Shown piece by piece: positions 15,606 to 30,917 of a DNA stretch of 64,000 bases. A model generated the notes under the pieces. It worked only from the letters and a program-made list of their open reading frames with translations. It had not been told where the DNA came from and did not search any database. Each line of letters begins with the position of its first letter. Positions within the stretch are counted from its first letter, which is position 1. Source of the stretch: Eledone cirrhosa (lineage: Eukaryota); contig OZ024740.1 in NCBI GenBank assembly GCA_964016885.1, positions 225,680,001 through 225,744,000 of the forward strand, written 5' to 3'. The position numbers and the translations under genes were made by a program.

Positions 15606-18446
15606 GATTAATAATGGAGGTGTGTATGTAAGCATGTACCATTTATTCATGTATAATAAACGTACGTATATCCCGCGCTTGATTTTGATTTAGTGATCTT
15701 AGCATTCCGGAAATATGGAAAAGCTTAACATTTACAATACAGTATTCATGTTCATACAGTAGATGTACGATGTATCAGCACAGCAAGAGTTCACTAAGCT
15801 TCATTGTGAAATTTTGTTCCGAAGAGGCTTATCAAGCACTGGCTTTGCTGAAACAAACGTCTCTATGTTGTGGAGAAAAAAAAGTATATATATATATTCT
15901 TTCATAATTACAATTTTGCATAGCTGAAGCTATATATATATATTCCTTCATAATTACATTTTGTTAAGTTGAAGCAGTATATAAGATAAATAGGTTGCTT
16001 CTAAACTAAACTTAAAGTGATTTTCCATATTTTTGATGAATGTTTATATATTTGTGTGTGTACATTTTTGTTTCTCGTAATACATTTTACAGAGTGAAAA
16101 TTTTATGATTGTGTTATCACCAAATCTTCTATAAGAAATATAACCTCTACTCAAGCCGTTTATATATGGATCCATATCTTCCTATGAGAAAATAATGATT
16201 GCACGGCATACCTAAGCTACGAACAAACAGGAATGTTAGTACTAGAAACACTTTTTGTGTGGGGAGATTGGTTTATATCACAATTCTTAGTAACTTTTTG
16301 CATAACAAATAAAGTTTTGTTATAGAAATACAACTTTTACTGTAAAATTTTAGGCATTTAAAAAAATAAAATGTACATTCTGCATTTCATTTATACTTTT
16401 CTTGTAATTGATTTCTAGAAAAACTTTGATACTTTTTTTACTTTGTTTCTGTGTATCGGGTGTTTTATTTTAAAAAATCAATATTGAAAGATGGGAAACG
16501 TTTTGGAAAAACAAGAGTAAAATATGAAAACATTATTTGCTGTTGGCTGAAATATACATACTGTGAAGCAAAACAGTTTTTACCACAAAAAATATTGACT
16601 TAGCAATCAGTCCAACTATCTTGCTTTAACTGAAAGACCACGTTTGAGATATAAATGGGAACATACTTTTAATGGAATTAACCAGAATTATGTTCCTGCA
16701 ATTGCTAATGTATTGCAAACATTTCAGATATTATGTTCAGTAAGTGAAGAAATATCATCCACAACATTAAAAAAATTCAATAATATACCCACTTCTGTTT
16801 ATTTGTTTTGGATAAGGTTTCTTGGCAGAATATGTTATATTATTTTGTGTATACCTGCAGGTGTCAGGCCAAAACTGTAACAAATTATATAAATAACAAG
16901 ATTGTATATATAAAGAGATATAACTATGGTATGTAGAAATATTTGGATGAATGGCAAATAAATACGCAAAAAATAACGAAAGAAAGAAATAATAACTCCC
17001 TACAATGATCATAGTGATTATTAAAATCAACATCATAGCCATGATATATTCAACGAAGAGCAGCATAGCAAGAAGAAGACAAAACATGGATGAACGTTTG
17101 CTTAAAAATTTCCTGTGAGCTTGTTGACCAACAACTGAGGAATAAAGTAAAGATTTCTAATCAGCAGATTTTACCTTCTTCAATCCGAAAACATATTCTA
17201 TAGTCTGAATAAACAATACACTTTATTTTGTAATTGGTCATCTCTTTATTAATTTCTAGCTTCAAGTTTTATATCTTATTTTATTATAGGTCTGTTATTC
17301 TTGCTGCAAGGAACAATCCAGTGAAACAATAGTGCAATGATTTATGTCAACAGTGTATCTTGCAAACTTCAAATCCCCAAACTGTAGATCATGAAATAAA
17401 TTAAGGTAATGTACACAAAAACTTCTAGAATCCGAATTAGAGACTACAAACTTATACATTTAGCTTGCGGTAGATATCATTGGCATTATTGTGATTATAT
17501 TTGTGTCTGTTTATTTACTTGGAATCAATGTTTGATAAAAGATTATTGTAGCCTTACACCAATATAACTGAATTATCTATTTGCGTTGAAGATTAGTGTT
17601 TTGTACAGGAAATGAATAGACACGAAAAATATTGATGGCTACCTCGGTTTCTTATCTAACACATTTTGGCTATTATACATGCATGAGATATACAATTTTA
17701 GTTATAAAGCTTTCCATAACATTTTATGTATGTTGAATATGTCTAAAATAATCCTGAATTTTACAGTTCCCAGTTTGACAAGAATTATTCTATGGCTGAA
17801 AAAAGCTATGATAATGTTTCTCTGACAAGACTTTGTTTTATGATATTAAAAAAGTGTCAGATAAAACGTTACTTGGTTTATTCTACGAACATTTATGTGT
17901 GATCTGGTACATATATCCAAACAGTAATAGCAATTTAGGTGTTTAGCCTAATACATAAACAAATGTCTGTAACGGAACTGAACTCAAGATCTATAAGCTG
18001 GAAGTCCAATAGGTGCTTATATTTAACAATTTTCATTTTTATATAAACATAAAAAAAAATTGGTTTACTATTCAAAATATATATTTAATCTGCTTAATGG
18101 GAAATAGATAATATGAAATGTGTTTTTGCCATGAAAGTGGCAATAAGTAGTTTCAACAGCAAATGTATCACAATTCCTCAATCACTAATCTCAACTCACT
18201 AAGCGAGATCACACAGAAGCGTATATACAAAAATATAAAGAGGACAAACAATTGCTAAAATATGGCGAAACGAAGGATCACATGAAACTATTGAAAAAAA
18301 TGATGAATGTGATGGTGGCAATAATACTAATGCTAATAATAAAAGTAATAATAATAATATTCCTAGTATAAAATGAGAAAAAGCTACGAAGCTCAAACAA
18401 AACAAAATAAATTGTTTTCTGTCACCAATAACGGATATATATACAT

Positions 18447-18640
<194 letters not shown>

Positions 18641-19055
18641 ATATATACGCACGCAAATTTCCCCCAAAATGTCTAACGTGGTTTCCTCTTGTAAAAATAA
18701 TTTCTTTTGGTCTCTTTCTTCTATTTCTGCTATCATTCTATCATTTGATGAAGGACTAACGACCGCAACGTTAAGTCGTCTTACTATATCAAACTTTAAA
18801 CTAATATGTAGCATCATTGTACTGTATCATTCTAGTGATTTACTTTGCCACGTTGACTTCTCACGCGCACAAACACGCACGCGGGCACACATCGGAGGTA
18901 ACCACAATTATAATAAGTACTGAATAGATTGGTAGAGTATAGAAATTATCATCATATAGAAGTAATTTCTACAGGATTAGAACCGTTTCATTTTATGAAA
19001 TCATCACACGAATGAAACAGTTCGAGTCATGTGTGTCATTTCTATATGGTAATAA

Positions 19056-19197
19056 TAATTGTTTCTACTTTTGGCACAAGGCCAGCAATTATCCCAGTAT
19101 ATTACTGACACTTTATTTTTCTACCCCGTAAGGATGAAAGGTAAAGTAAACTTCGGAGTGATTTGAACTCAGACCATAAAGGGGCGTAACTCTATGC
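19056..19197 (-). mobile_element. SINE family 1, 5'-truncated
   Basis: Matches B box, central domain and tail of family 1. Confidence 0.8.
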
Positions 19198-19204
19198 ATG
19201 GCCT

Positions 19205-19847
19205 GTATATAGAGAGAAATGCACATGAGGTATGTGTTTAATCATAGGATTGATTTATAAAGAGCACAGAATCTATTTCTTGAGGGTATTAAATTATAGG
19301 GGATTAAAATGAGTCTTTAACTCCGGTTTTTAATTTGATATATTGGTTCTAATTCATTTCCATATATAAGTAGAGCTTCTTAAGTTGAATGATTCTGAGC
19401 TGATATTTTTAGCAGTCCTTTGGTTCATTCACGCCACCATGGGTTATATAACGTGTGTGTCTTCTCTCTACTCCATGTGCGTTTTTTTTAGTTATCTTAT
19501 ATATTTTTCGAAGTGCGAACCATATTGTAGTCCATCTGTTGACGAGCCCTCTACAATATTTAATTTTCACTTCTTGTGGCGAAACATACTCTAATTTGAG
19601 CATGTCAAGGATTAATAGATATTATAGGATGGTTAGTACAATTTAATTTATTCTTTTAATTGATCTGTTTTCTCCTTTCTTTTCGTAGACAATATGATCA
19701 TCACTCTGGTAGTTTTTTTTTATCCCCTATGATTAAACACATATCCCTATGTGTACTTCTCTCTATATACTGATTTATAAAGAACCCAGAATCTATACCT
19801 TGAGCTCATTAAATTATAGGGGATTAACATGAGTCTTTAACTCCGTT

Positions 19848-19853
<6 letters not shown>
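19205..19853 (+). mobile_element. Old ORF-less 520-bp unit with short 5' inversion and 1.15 tandem copies
   Basis: 19205-19249 is inverted 19723-19770; 19251-19333 repeats at 19771-19853; degenerate HHR TTGACGA-GCC...GGC-GAAA at 19539-19584. Confidence 0.65.
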
Positions 19854-19945
<92 letters not shown>

Positions 19946-20568
19946 GGTGTCGGATGCTTAAAGCGGCCGTATGCGGTAGGCCGTTTGAGCACTCGATGCT
20001 CTCATAGAGCAGAATATGATATCACAAAAAAAGAGAGTCAGTGTTGCGACGATTGGAATTTATTGGACATATTACAATCGTTTCTCGGGCGACCAGCTCT
20101 AGGCACGATCGATGTGATGATCGAACCTGACTCTGAAATCACAAGGTCCTCAGATACGTCTTGATTCTACGAAGCAGATTTTCCAAGTATTTTTCAAGTA
20201 TTTTATGCAACTTTACGCACACCCCAATGATGTCCGGACCTCTCTGCACCCTTGTCATGTATACATTCCTTTTTCCACTATTTTATTTTATATTATTTTA
20301 TTTTACTTTATTTTATGTACGTACAGGCATTTTTTTATATATATGTGCCACCCATGTTATATGTGATTTGTGCAGGGCTACTACGCGGCTATAGAATTTA
20401 TGCATATTGTGCATGCATTTTCGGGCTTATATCGCCACATGATTGGGTTGGGTCCAAGTCTCAAGAACGTTGTCTCATATAATACTGTATGCACCGTGAG
20501 CACAGCTGCGCGTGTGTGTACGGATGGGAGGGTATTCATTAGTAATGTACAAGCATGAACATGCGTGG

Positions 20569-20608
<40 letters not shown>

Positions 20609-20613
<5 letters not shown>

Positions 20614-22085
20614 GAGCCGTCGGCTTGATGAAAAGCCGAAAGGCGCCAGGGAAAGACGGCATAACATCGGGGGTGTTGGAGTAAGGCGGAGAGCAGCTCT
20701 GGAAAATGCTCGCCGACCGATTCACACACTATCAGGACGAGGGAAGAATACATTCGCAATGGAAAGAGTCGAATAACATTTTGCTATACAAGAAGGGCGA
20801 TAGAGAAGATCTGACGAACTACCGATCCCTATGCCTGCTGTCTCGCGTGTACAAGCTGTTCACAAAGATAATCCTCAACAGGTTGTCACGTCATCTGGAC
20901 GAACAGCAACCGAGAGAGCAAGACGGCTTCCGGAAGAACTACAGCACGATGGACCACATATTTCCTCCGACACAACTGCTTGAGCGAGCGAAAGAGTACA
21001 GGATGCCTCTTTGCATCGTGTTCGTAGACTACGAGAAGGCCTTCAACAGCGTCGAAATCAACACAGTGCTGAACTCGCTGCAGAGGCACGGAATCGAGGC
21101 GCAATACGTTCAACTGCTCAGGGAGGCGAGTTCCGGATGCACCACCGACATAGCTCTGCTCTCATCACCCGTACGAGTGTCGGTCAAGAAAGGAGTGAAG
21201 CAAGGAGATACGATCGCTCCAAAACTTTTCACCGCGTGTCTCGAGCAGATCATCAGAGGCATTGACTGGCAAGGCGGTGTCAACATCAACGGGTAGATAC
21301 TTACCCACCTCCATTTCGCTGATGACATCGTACTCATCGCTGAAACCATGGATCAGCTTCAGACCATACTGACGGAGCTCGACATCAAAAGCTCTGCAGT
21401 AGGCCTCAAGATGAACCGCATGAAAACGAAGTTCATGCGGTCCGTCAACGTATCAACAGGTTTAATGGTGGTTGGCGGTGATGAAATAGAGGGGGTGGAG
21501 GAATACATCTGCCTAGGACAAGAAGTGAACATGCGCCGAGACATTGAGAGGGAGATCTCGCGGAGAGTAAGGGACGGATGGAAGGCGTTCAACACCATAA
21601 GGGATGTGCTCAAGGGAAGGTTGGACAAGACCACCCGCGCCAGCCTCTTCAATAGCACAGTTTTACCTGCAATGTTATATGGCAGTGAATCTTGGGCTAC
21701 AACGAAGAGATAAGAGCAGAGGCTGGTAACGGCTCAAAGAGACATGGAGAGATCAATGCTAGGAATCTCATTGCGAGAGTACATCAGGAGCGAAGTCATC
21801 AGACAGAAGTCCGGTGTGAGGGACGTCATCACGGAATATATGCGCAGCAAGTTCAGATGGGCTGGACACGTCGCTCGGTTCACAGATAACCGGTGGACCC
21901 GCACAGTTGCCGAGTGATATCCGCGCGAGCGGAAACTACCACTCGTAAGGCCTCTACGAAGGTGAAGTTACGATTTTAGGAATACGATGAGGAAAGCACG
22001 ATCCAGAGAGGAATGGACGGCGTGCTGTGACCAGCGGCGCCGAATGGACGCCCGACAGACTGGTCGGTCAAGGTGATCAAGGTGA
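20609..22085 (+). pseudogene. RTE-clade LINE, 5'-truncated, RT with in-frame stops
   Basis: KKGDREDLTNYR, EQQPREQDGFRK, FVDYEKAF, GVKQGDTIAPKLF, HFADDIVL, YICLGQ, FRWAGHVAR; tail (TCAAGGTGA)2. Confidence 0.92.
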
Positions 22086-22086
22086 T

Positions 22087-22240
22087 ATAAAAGGTAAACA
22101 GAAATAACAAGACAATCAGTACAGTATATGGAAGGAATATACTAGGTTAACGCTTGAAATAGCAGGAAAAGGGTTTTAACCTTTCGGACGCTAGTCATTC
22201 ACCAGAAGAAAGAATGAGAAATAAGATAGATTGAAGGGAC
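22087..22240 (-). mobile_element. pLTR-like remnant with degenerate HHR (second copy 31351-31471)
   Basis: Minus strand CTGGTGA-aTGAC-TAGC-GTCC-GAAA-GGT-TA; shared AAAAGGTAAACAGAAATAACA...GATTGAAGGG. Confidence 0.55.
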
Positions 22241-22846
22241 AGGCGGGGTGGAATTGGAAAACATGTCTTTAGATAAAAATAACAGGTTAATTCTTGTTGA
22301 CATATCTTGGTAAACTGTTGGTGCTGGTGTTTCATGTATGTACGTATAAATTGAAAAAGGAGCCAAGAGGCTATATTAATAAATTATAATTCAAAAAGGG
22401 AGGAATCAATAAATGAACGAAACTATATACAAGGAATACTAGTGTTTTGCATAATTCTGGACAGGATTGAGTTCATCGTGATGGAATGGGCAGTGCTAAA
22501 CTCAACACTGTCAATGTATTAAACGAAAGAACTTATAGCATTAACAGAACGATAAACATAAGCGAAACGTGCATATATAATATTAACAGGGCGAAAACAA
22601 TGGAGTCGTTGGAACATTGGTAAATCACAAACAGGAATATACAAATATACAATAAATAATTGTATTGATGTCAGTTGTTAATCTGTATTCAACACAAAAT
22701 ACTGTAGAACAAACGAGACAGAGGGAAACGTATTTAAGCAAACAGTCAGTGTTACATGCCACACTGGTCAGAAAGAAAGAATAACATCATACGGGTAACT
22801 GTTGAAAAAGGTTAGGAGATAGTTACGTGGTCTTATTAATATACTA

Positions 22847-23130
22847 AGGCGGCGAATTGGCAGGGTCGTTAATACGTCGGATAGAATGCTTTATGGTATT
22901 CGTCCCACCTCATTGTGCGCTCTGAGTTCAAATCCTACCGTGGTCAACTTTGCCTTTCATCCTTTCATGAAAGTCTAGTACTGGGTCGATTCTTCCTCTA
23001 TAGGTAAAAATCGGCTGTGTTCAGACCTGGAGAACGTTGTACTCCGCCAGGTTTAAAAGTACCCTAGATACGCCGTATGATGGTTATTCTACGACCCACA
23101 GGGAGTTATGGGGTATTTATCCTTATCCTT
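22847..23130 (+). mobile_element. Diverged SINE with alternative tail (paralog 27387-27655)
   Basis: GGCGGCGAATTGG head, GAGTTCAAATCC, central domain, shared tail TTCAGACCTGGAGA...CCCTAGA.ACGCCGTATG. Confidence 0.65.
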
Positions 23131-23321
23131 TTCTCCTATTAATATACTATAATTAAAAAGGACCAAAGACAGTGGGGTATGTTGACAATAAACGAATGGG
23201 GAATGACAACTGTATTATTCGATAAAGGACAGCTCATGACCAGGACTTCCGTCTTGTTTCCCCTTTTTATGTTCGTTTATTGTCTCCATGCTCCACCGTA
23301 TATTTTCTTTGTACCTCTTCA

Positions 23322-23813
<492 letters not shown>

Positions 23814-23866
23814 AGAATAGAAATGGCTATATATATATACACACAGATATATATATATATTTATAT

Positions 23867-23931
23867 GGTGCTATTAAGTTAGACATGGCCTGGACTAATA
23901 CTGGCCGCAGCCTATTAACTTACCAAAGTTA
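23867..23931 (+). mobile_element. 65-bp extreme 3' end of a LINE family A relative
   Basis: GGTGCTATTAAGTTAGACATGGCCTGG.C.AATACTGGCC...CAAAGTTA matches 1786-1852. Confidence 0.75.
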
Positions 23932-26900
23932 TATATGTAAGAAGTTGGAAATGCAATTGGAGTCTTTAAGAAGATATATTTATTATAGCTTTACTTGTTT
24001 CACATTTGGATGATTTTCAAATGTTAAGTGAGAAGGAGTGATGTGTGTCTATGTGATGATGTCTATGAGAAACCTCTTTCTGCTTTATCCAGGATAGTGA
24101 CGCTGGACTGGTTGTCGAACATCTCGTGATAATATACAGTGTTGTGTAGATTTTTGCGCCATAAATTGGTGATCATATGATTAGAAGTAGAATTATTTTG
24201 TAAATTATACGCCCAAATAGAGAGCGTCATGGCTCAGTGAGTGTGACACGTGATACTATCAAAACGCATTCGTGTCTATGTTATTGTGCCAAGCATATAC
24301 AATGGTTTATGACAACGCGAATAAAAGGGAAGATAGGAGAACAAATTAAGAACAGAAATTTCAAAGGATTGAAATTATGAATATGACAAAATCTGAATAT
24401 TGTAATAGTAACAGCGTCTCAACCTAAGCATGCAGCCTGTCACCCCCTCTCTTTCTTCTGTTGCTATTTCCTTCCATTTTTTCTCATTTATGTCATTTAT
24501 AGACCTTTCTTTTACTTTCCTCTACAGCCAGATGTGCCCTTTTTTTTATTATTTATATAATTAATTATAAAAAATTACTAATTGTAATGTGTACCAATAT
24601 AAAATTAATTGTCAAACCTTATTCTAGCAAAAGCATTAGCTCACTGCCCACTGTCTTCTCTTTTTTTCTCCTTTATTATCCTTCAAATTTTACCCCACAC
24701 GTCATCATTTTTATGTCTATTTTTCCAAGTTTGGATTAGATAACATCTCTCCAGTAGTCACTCCAATTTTCTCTTTATTTAAGAATTAAAATCTATTAAA
24801 ATCTATTGAGAATCTCCCTATGGACCGTTGATATAACTCTCTAAGGATATAACTTAACGATAAAATAGCAACAATATCAATAAAAAAACAAATGTGACCA
24901 TCTCATACTTAATGAAAATAGACATGAATATTAGCATCGCTAAATAAATAAATATACCGAAAAGCTGGAATAAAAGAAAAGATCTTTTGATACTTAATGA
25001 AATCAATATCAGAAGGATACTATTGAAAACAGTTGACACAAATACTACAGAAAATATATAATAAAACATATGATGTACTTGAAATCAAAGAAAACATAAA
25101 ACAAGTTATTTTCGCTATATCACAAAGAACCCGTCGTTATGAAATGCTAAAATGATTATTTAAAACAACCAACCTGACTTCAAACCAAAAGGATTTCATC
25201 GAGAACTAGATGAAATAAATGTGACAGCAGCAGAATGAGAAGTATAAGACTTATGGAGTATGGGATATTAACAGCAAAGGTGGAGAATTACAAGAGATGA
25301 GGTTGTTAAAAATAATATACCAAGTTCCTAAACTAGAAAGTAATGTTGCAAAAAAGTAAAACTGACGCTACAAAAAAAATAATAATAAAATTAAAAAAAC
25401 AAACCGAATAACTGTAAAGCACCAGGAAATGACGAAATCCCAGAAACTGAAAAATGTCTGACTGTTCAATAAACAGAAAAAAAAACTAATCTTAAACCTT
25501 CAGGATTAAAGAAAGAACATGATTTAAAAATTATAATAGTTATATATGTTATTGCATACATACATTCACTGTAGAACCGAGCGTAGGTTTGTGTGCCTTG
25601 AGCATGTGTAGTATTCCGTTTTGGATTTGTGTTATCTATTTTATTAATAGTAGTCTCTGTAATGTGTGCAGTGCAAAGAAATGATATTTTCTTTATGGGA
25701 AGACCAGACAAACAAAATCAAAATAATGAGTGCATTTACAATATACCATAGAGAATCTGCTAGAGAAAGATTATATTTATAGCAAATACGGAGTGGAAGT
25801 TAAATTCTACCACTAAAACTATTCTCAAATACTTATATCGATTCCAAATATATCTAACAAAACGCTCTTGAAAGCAAATGCAAATAGCTAACAGAATTAA
25901 CAACGCTTTTCCGTCTTCAAGGAAGCCAACAAATATAAAACAGAGGCTGAAGTAATAGACGGTTGTAAAAAGAAAAGAGAAATAAAAATAATAAAAACTA
26001 ATCTAAAATTAGGGCTACAGAATATCACAAAAAATACCCGCATGTTCAATACATAAAATATGAATAGATCAAGAAAAAATAGTGGTTTAGGCTGAGTAGC
26101 TCAGGTTTTATCGATGAAACCATAGGGTTTAAATTGCAACACCGCTTCAAAAATGTTGCGTCCAAAACAACATAAATTTTTCAATAAATTATAATACTTT
26201 AAATAACCTCAGAATATTTGGCTCGATTGTAAGGAGTAACAATTAACCATATTTTTTCTACCTACCCAGCACTATCCAAGGGTAGAATTGGAAGCTTTTT
26301 TACGCTGAAAATTAGGTTAGCATGATGAAATGCCAATACAAAAGAACTGACATAGATCAACAGTCACAGAAGTTCGAATCATGACTATACTCTGGTTGGG
26401 GCCAATCCATAGAGACAAAGAAAGCAAGAAATGTGGGTTATATATTGCTGTCAACGGACAGATAAAAGAAGTGCCCTTCGTGGTCAAAGTATCAGTTCCA
26501 ACTGGCGATATTGTATACCTGAAGGAGCAATTCTATACTATGTCGTACATTTATTTGAATCTGTAGTATATAGAATAAATGTGGTAAGTCGTTTTAATAT
26601 CTACGTTTTCACAGGTTGTGGAGTTGGATACAGAAGTCAAAGGCCGGGACAGATACCACAAAACATCTAACGCACTAACAATTCTGCTAACCCACACCTG
26701 AACTGCCACTTTATCTATCGACTCTGAATTATTGTAAATCAAAGCCGACCTCGACTGGATATGAACTCAGAGCGCAGAAAGCAAGAACAAATCCTGTAAA
26801 GCTTTTAATGGGATACTCTAACACCTTTGCCAATTTGCCACCTTTCGGATGTATTTTGATACAGCATATGTGAACGTCAAGATATACTAAAGTGTAATGT

Positions 26901-27386
26901 CCAGTTATAATCTATGAAATAAACTGTCTGCAGAAGGAAATCTAATGGATACTAGTTACTTCAAGATAGGACAGAATAGAATGGTTTCAGAATGAAAGAT
27001 GGAGATGCTTGTCACATTCTTTTAACACAGTAAAGTTGTTTATTTAGATATAATCGGCTGATCTATACAAATGAATTGGAAATTGTATTGAAATCTAATC
27101 AAACTGACGTGAAGCTATCTTGTTCTAGCTTATTCTACAAATACTAAACAAGGTGCAACTAGATTATTCTTGACAAATTTCTCTCTTTCCTTTTCTATAT
27201 GGTATTGATTGAGTAACAAAATCCATGAAATTTCATTTTGAAATGTAATTTCACTGTAGTCAAATGAGATTAATACTTTTATCGAATAAGTAAAATTGTT
27301 ATCGATATCAACAAGTTCTACTAAAATAGTGAGGATTTATGACTGATGACCGCCTGGTTATATCTGCATATTTCTATGTTTCTATA

Positions 27387-27655
27387 GGCGGCGAATTGGT
27401 AGAATCATGAGAACGTCCAATAGCATGCTTTGCGTTATTCATTTCGCCTCCAAGGTCAACTTTGTCTTTCATCCATCCGAGGTCGATAAAAAAGTATCAG
27501 TCTAGTACTGCGGTCAGTTCTTTCTTTACATCTCTTTCACCCTTCCATTCTCAAACTCTCCCTATCCTTCTCGGGAAGAAATCTGGTGTATTCAGACCTG
27601 GAGAGGAGATGGGTTCCGACCGGTTTAAAAATGCCCTAGAAACGCCGTATGTTAT
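27387..27655 (+). mobile_element. Diverged SINE with alternative tail
   Basis: Homologous to 22847-23130. Confidence 0.6.
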
Positions 27656-28025
27656 TGAACCATGCATGCATGTATATATTTCTATGTCATCTTTCTGTAA
27701 TCTCTCACACACTCACTCTTTCCTTATTAGCAGGGCCCATAATAGACATGTTCTGTCAGTAACTCGGCCTTGGCCTCGGGGAGTGAAGGCAGCGCCCCTA
27801 AATATCTGATGCCCCTTTCAAACAATACAAAATAGACTTTGCAGCACCCTTGAATTTTGAAAGAAGCAACCTACTCACTGGAAAGCGATATGTGTATGTG
27901 TGTGTCTTTATGAGTGTGTGCGTGCATGTATATGTGTGTGTATGCGTGTGTGTATGTGTTTATGTGTGTGTGCGTGTGTGTGTGTGTGTGTGTATGTGCG
28001 TGTGTGTTTGTATGCGTGTGTGGGT

Positions 28026-28330
28026 GTTTATGTGCGTGCCTGCTTGTGTATAAATTGATATAAAAATGTAAAATAGAGTTTTTATATTCCCCGTTGTATA
28101 TAATTTCTGCGCCAAATTACACGAGAATTTGCATAAGGACAGGAAGGAACCCCGCGGAGTAGGGTGGCTGTTGTAGCCGTGGGGCGCAGCTGAAACACCA
28201 CAATGACCGAGGTGTAGTATCTGTCACCCTCTCCCTTCCCGCTTTCTTCCTTCGTGCAATAGTCCTTGCTCTTTCCTCCTTTTTCTCTCATTTCTGGCAT
28301 TTATAATCCTTTCCAATACTGCGTACTTTT
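28026..28330 (-). mobile_element. Probable solo LTR, diverged paralog of 34231-34602
   Basis: Shares TATAAATGCC, purine tract, GGTGTTTCAGCTGCRCCCCAC and CTRCAACA motifs in the same order; boundaries approximate. Confidence 0.5.
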
Positions 28331-28383
28331 TTATTTGTTTAACAAATTCAAAAGTTAATAAAAAGTAGTAATATAGTCTAAGG

Positions 28384-28703
28384 CAGTGGTTCTCAATGTT
28401 TTTGCCACCCTCCACAGCGCCATCAACACTATTTCCAGATAGACCTGCATACACGCAAATTGTAAATAATATATAATAAAGGAAATCGTTAATTAATATA
28501 TAATATATAATATATTTACTATGTATAAAAAAATATTATATATTTTTTTATTTTATTATATTTATATATATATATATGTATCATTGATACTTAATATACA
28601 ATTATATCATTTCTACCGCCCCTCACACCTCCTGTTATCCAAGCGCACCCTGGATCTTCTCAACGCTCCTGAGGGGTGGTAGCGCTCACTTTGGGAAATT
28701 CTA
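28384..28703. mobile_element. hAT (Charlie-type) MITE
   Basis: Left TIR CAGTGGTTCTCAA, degenerate right TIR TTGGGAAATTCTA, 8-bp TSD GTCTAAGG/GGCTAAGG. Confidence 0.75.
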
Positions 28704-29059
28704 GGCTAAGGAAAAGGTTATTGGCTATGTAAAATTGTACTTTCAATTAAATCGTACAAAACCATTTTGCTGGTTTGAGAGCTGATGAGGATGAAGATAT
28801 GTGTGTGTGTGTTATGTTGTATTGTACATCGTCGTTATTTATTTCCCTTTTTCCATTCATTTCTATGCGCCAACACACTCTTCTTGTCATCCTCCTCTTT
28901 CAGTAATTTCTAGATTTCATCTGCCTGTCATCCACCTGTGCATTGTGTCTCTGTCTCCGTCCTCAGGCATTGTTGTCCATCGTTGTCTTTGACAGCATTT
29001 AGCTGTTTTAACAGCTGTACTAGCGATGATGTGTCTCATTTGTATATATATATATATAT

Positions 29060-29460
29060 ATGAAAGACGTAAAATAAGAAAATTATAAAAATTAACTTAC
29101 TAAAATTTCACTCCAACTAACTAGTTTCTGAAAGGGAATAAACATGGTTTCCGAATGTCCATCATGGAGAATTCCTTTCGTCATCAGGAAGTCAATTCTC
29201 AGCTAAGTTCCCAGGCGATGCGTGGACACAGGGAACTTATACAAAAATAATTCAGTGGATGCAAAAAAGCAATCGAGGACTAAATTCCAGGACATTGAAA
29301 AAATCACTGCCTACTTGGTCGGTGGCAAATTCAAAAGAATCAATCACTTGACATCGAGGTTAATCAGTGAGGAGTGGGGTGTTAAGACAGTAGCCGAACT
29401 ATTACTATGAACTATAGTAGCAGTTCTGGCAAATTTTTGCTCAACAAAATAATTTGGAGA
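29060..29460 (-). mobile_element. Diverged copy of the 540-bp HHR unit
   Basis: Collinear with 11400-11818; (TA)n on both sides. Confidence 0.8.
29110..29192 (-). ncRNA. Type I hammerhead ribozyme
   Basis: Minus strand ACTTC-CTGATGA-cGAAAGG...CCTTTCa-GAAA-CTAGTTAG-TT-GGAGT. Confidence 0.82.
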
Positions 29461-29520
29461 TATATATATATATATATTATTAATATATATATTAATATAT
29501 ATATATATACATATATATAT

Positions 29521-29711
29521 TAATTATTTCTACTTTCGGCACAAGGCCAGTAATTACCCAGTACATTACTGGTACTTTATTTTATCGACCCCGTAAGGAT
29601 GAAAGGCAAAGTTAACCTCGGCGGGATTTGAACTCAGAATAGCAAGGGCCGTAACTCTATACGTCAAAACATGGTGTCCGACCCTCTACCGACACTGCCA
29701 ATCCACCGCCC
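29521..29711 (-). mobile_element. SINE family 1, full length
   Basis: Head GGGCGGTGGATTGGCAG, B box, central domain, tail. Confidence 0.88.
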
Positions 29712-29854
29712 TAAACATATATATATTAATAAAAGGAATTCCACCTTTGTCTGATTTACTCATTTTATAAATAAAACGAGTAAATCAGACAAAGTTGGAA
29801 TTCCTTTTATTAATATAATCTTCTATACACAATCATACACACCCGTGTATATTT

Positions 29855-29889
<35 letters not shown>

Positions 29890-29915
29890 TGTGTGTGTGT
29901 GTGGAACCCACACCT

Positions 29916-30026
29916 CTATATGTATATGTAACTATATATATATATATATGCATATATATATATTTATATATATATATATATATACACATATATATATATA
30001 TATACACACACATATGTATATATATG

Positions 30027-30057
<31 letters not shown>

Positions 30058-30108
30058 GTATATGTATGTATGTATGTATATGTATGTATGCATATATATG
30101 TATCTATG

Positions 30109-30187
<79 letters not shown>

Positions 30188-30736
30188 GTATATATATATA
30201 TATATATGTATGTATATATATGTATATATATATATATGTATGTATATATATGTATATATATATATATGTATGTATATATATGTATATATATATATATGTA
30301 TGTATATATATGTATATATATATGTATGTATATATATGTATATATATATATGTATATATATATATGTATGTATGTATATGTATGTATATATATATATGTA
30401 TGTATGTATATGTATGTATATATATGTATATATATGTATATATATATATGTATGTATATGTATGTATATGTATGTATGTATATATATGTATGTATATGTA
30501 TGTATATATATATGTATGTATATATATATATGTATGTATATATATATATGTATGTATATATATATATGTATGTATATATATATATGTATGTATATATATA
30601 TATATATGTATATATATGTATGTATATATGTATATATATGTATGTATATATGTATATATATGTATGTATATATGTATATATAAGTATGTATATATGTATA
30701 TATATGTATGTATGTATATATGTATATATATGTATG

Positions 30737-30767
<31 letters not shown>

Positions 30768-30879
30768 GTATATATATGTATGTATATATATATATGTATA
30801 TATATGTATGTATATATATATATATATGTATATATATGTATGTATATATATATATATATGTATATATATGTATGTATAT

Positions 30880-30917
<38 letters not shown>

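Noticed and set aside
15830-15870. CCGAAGA-GGC...GCT-GAAAC..GTC hammerhead-like string
   Set aside because: No stem I pairing and no associated repeat structure
16640-16746. Possible host exon ending at GTAAGT
   Set aside because: No recognisable protein, weak acceptor, no partner exons
19943-20570. PBS-like TGGTGTCGGA and RNase H-like remnant of an LTR element
   Set aside because: Too degraded to support by eye
24850-26590. Decayed LINE (KAPGNDEIP-like motif near 25417)
   Set aside because: Single motif, no continuous frame; boundaries undefinable
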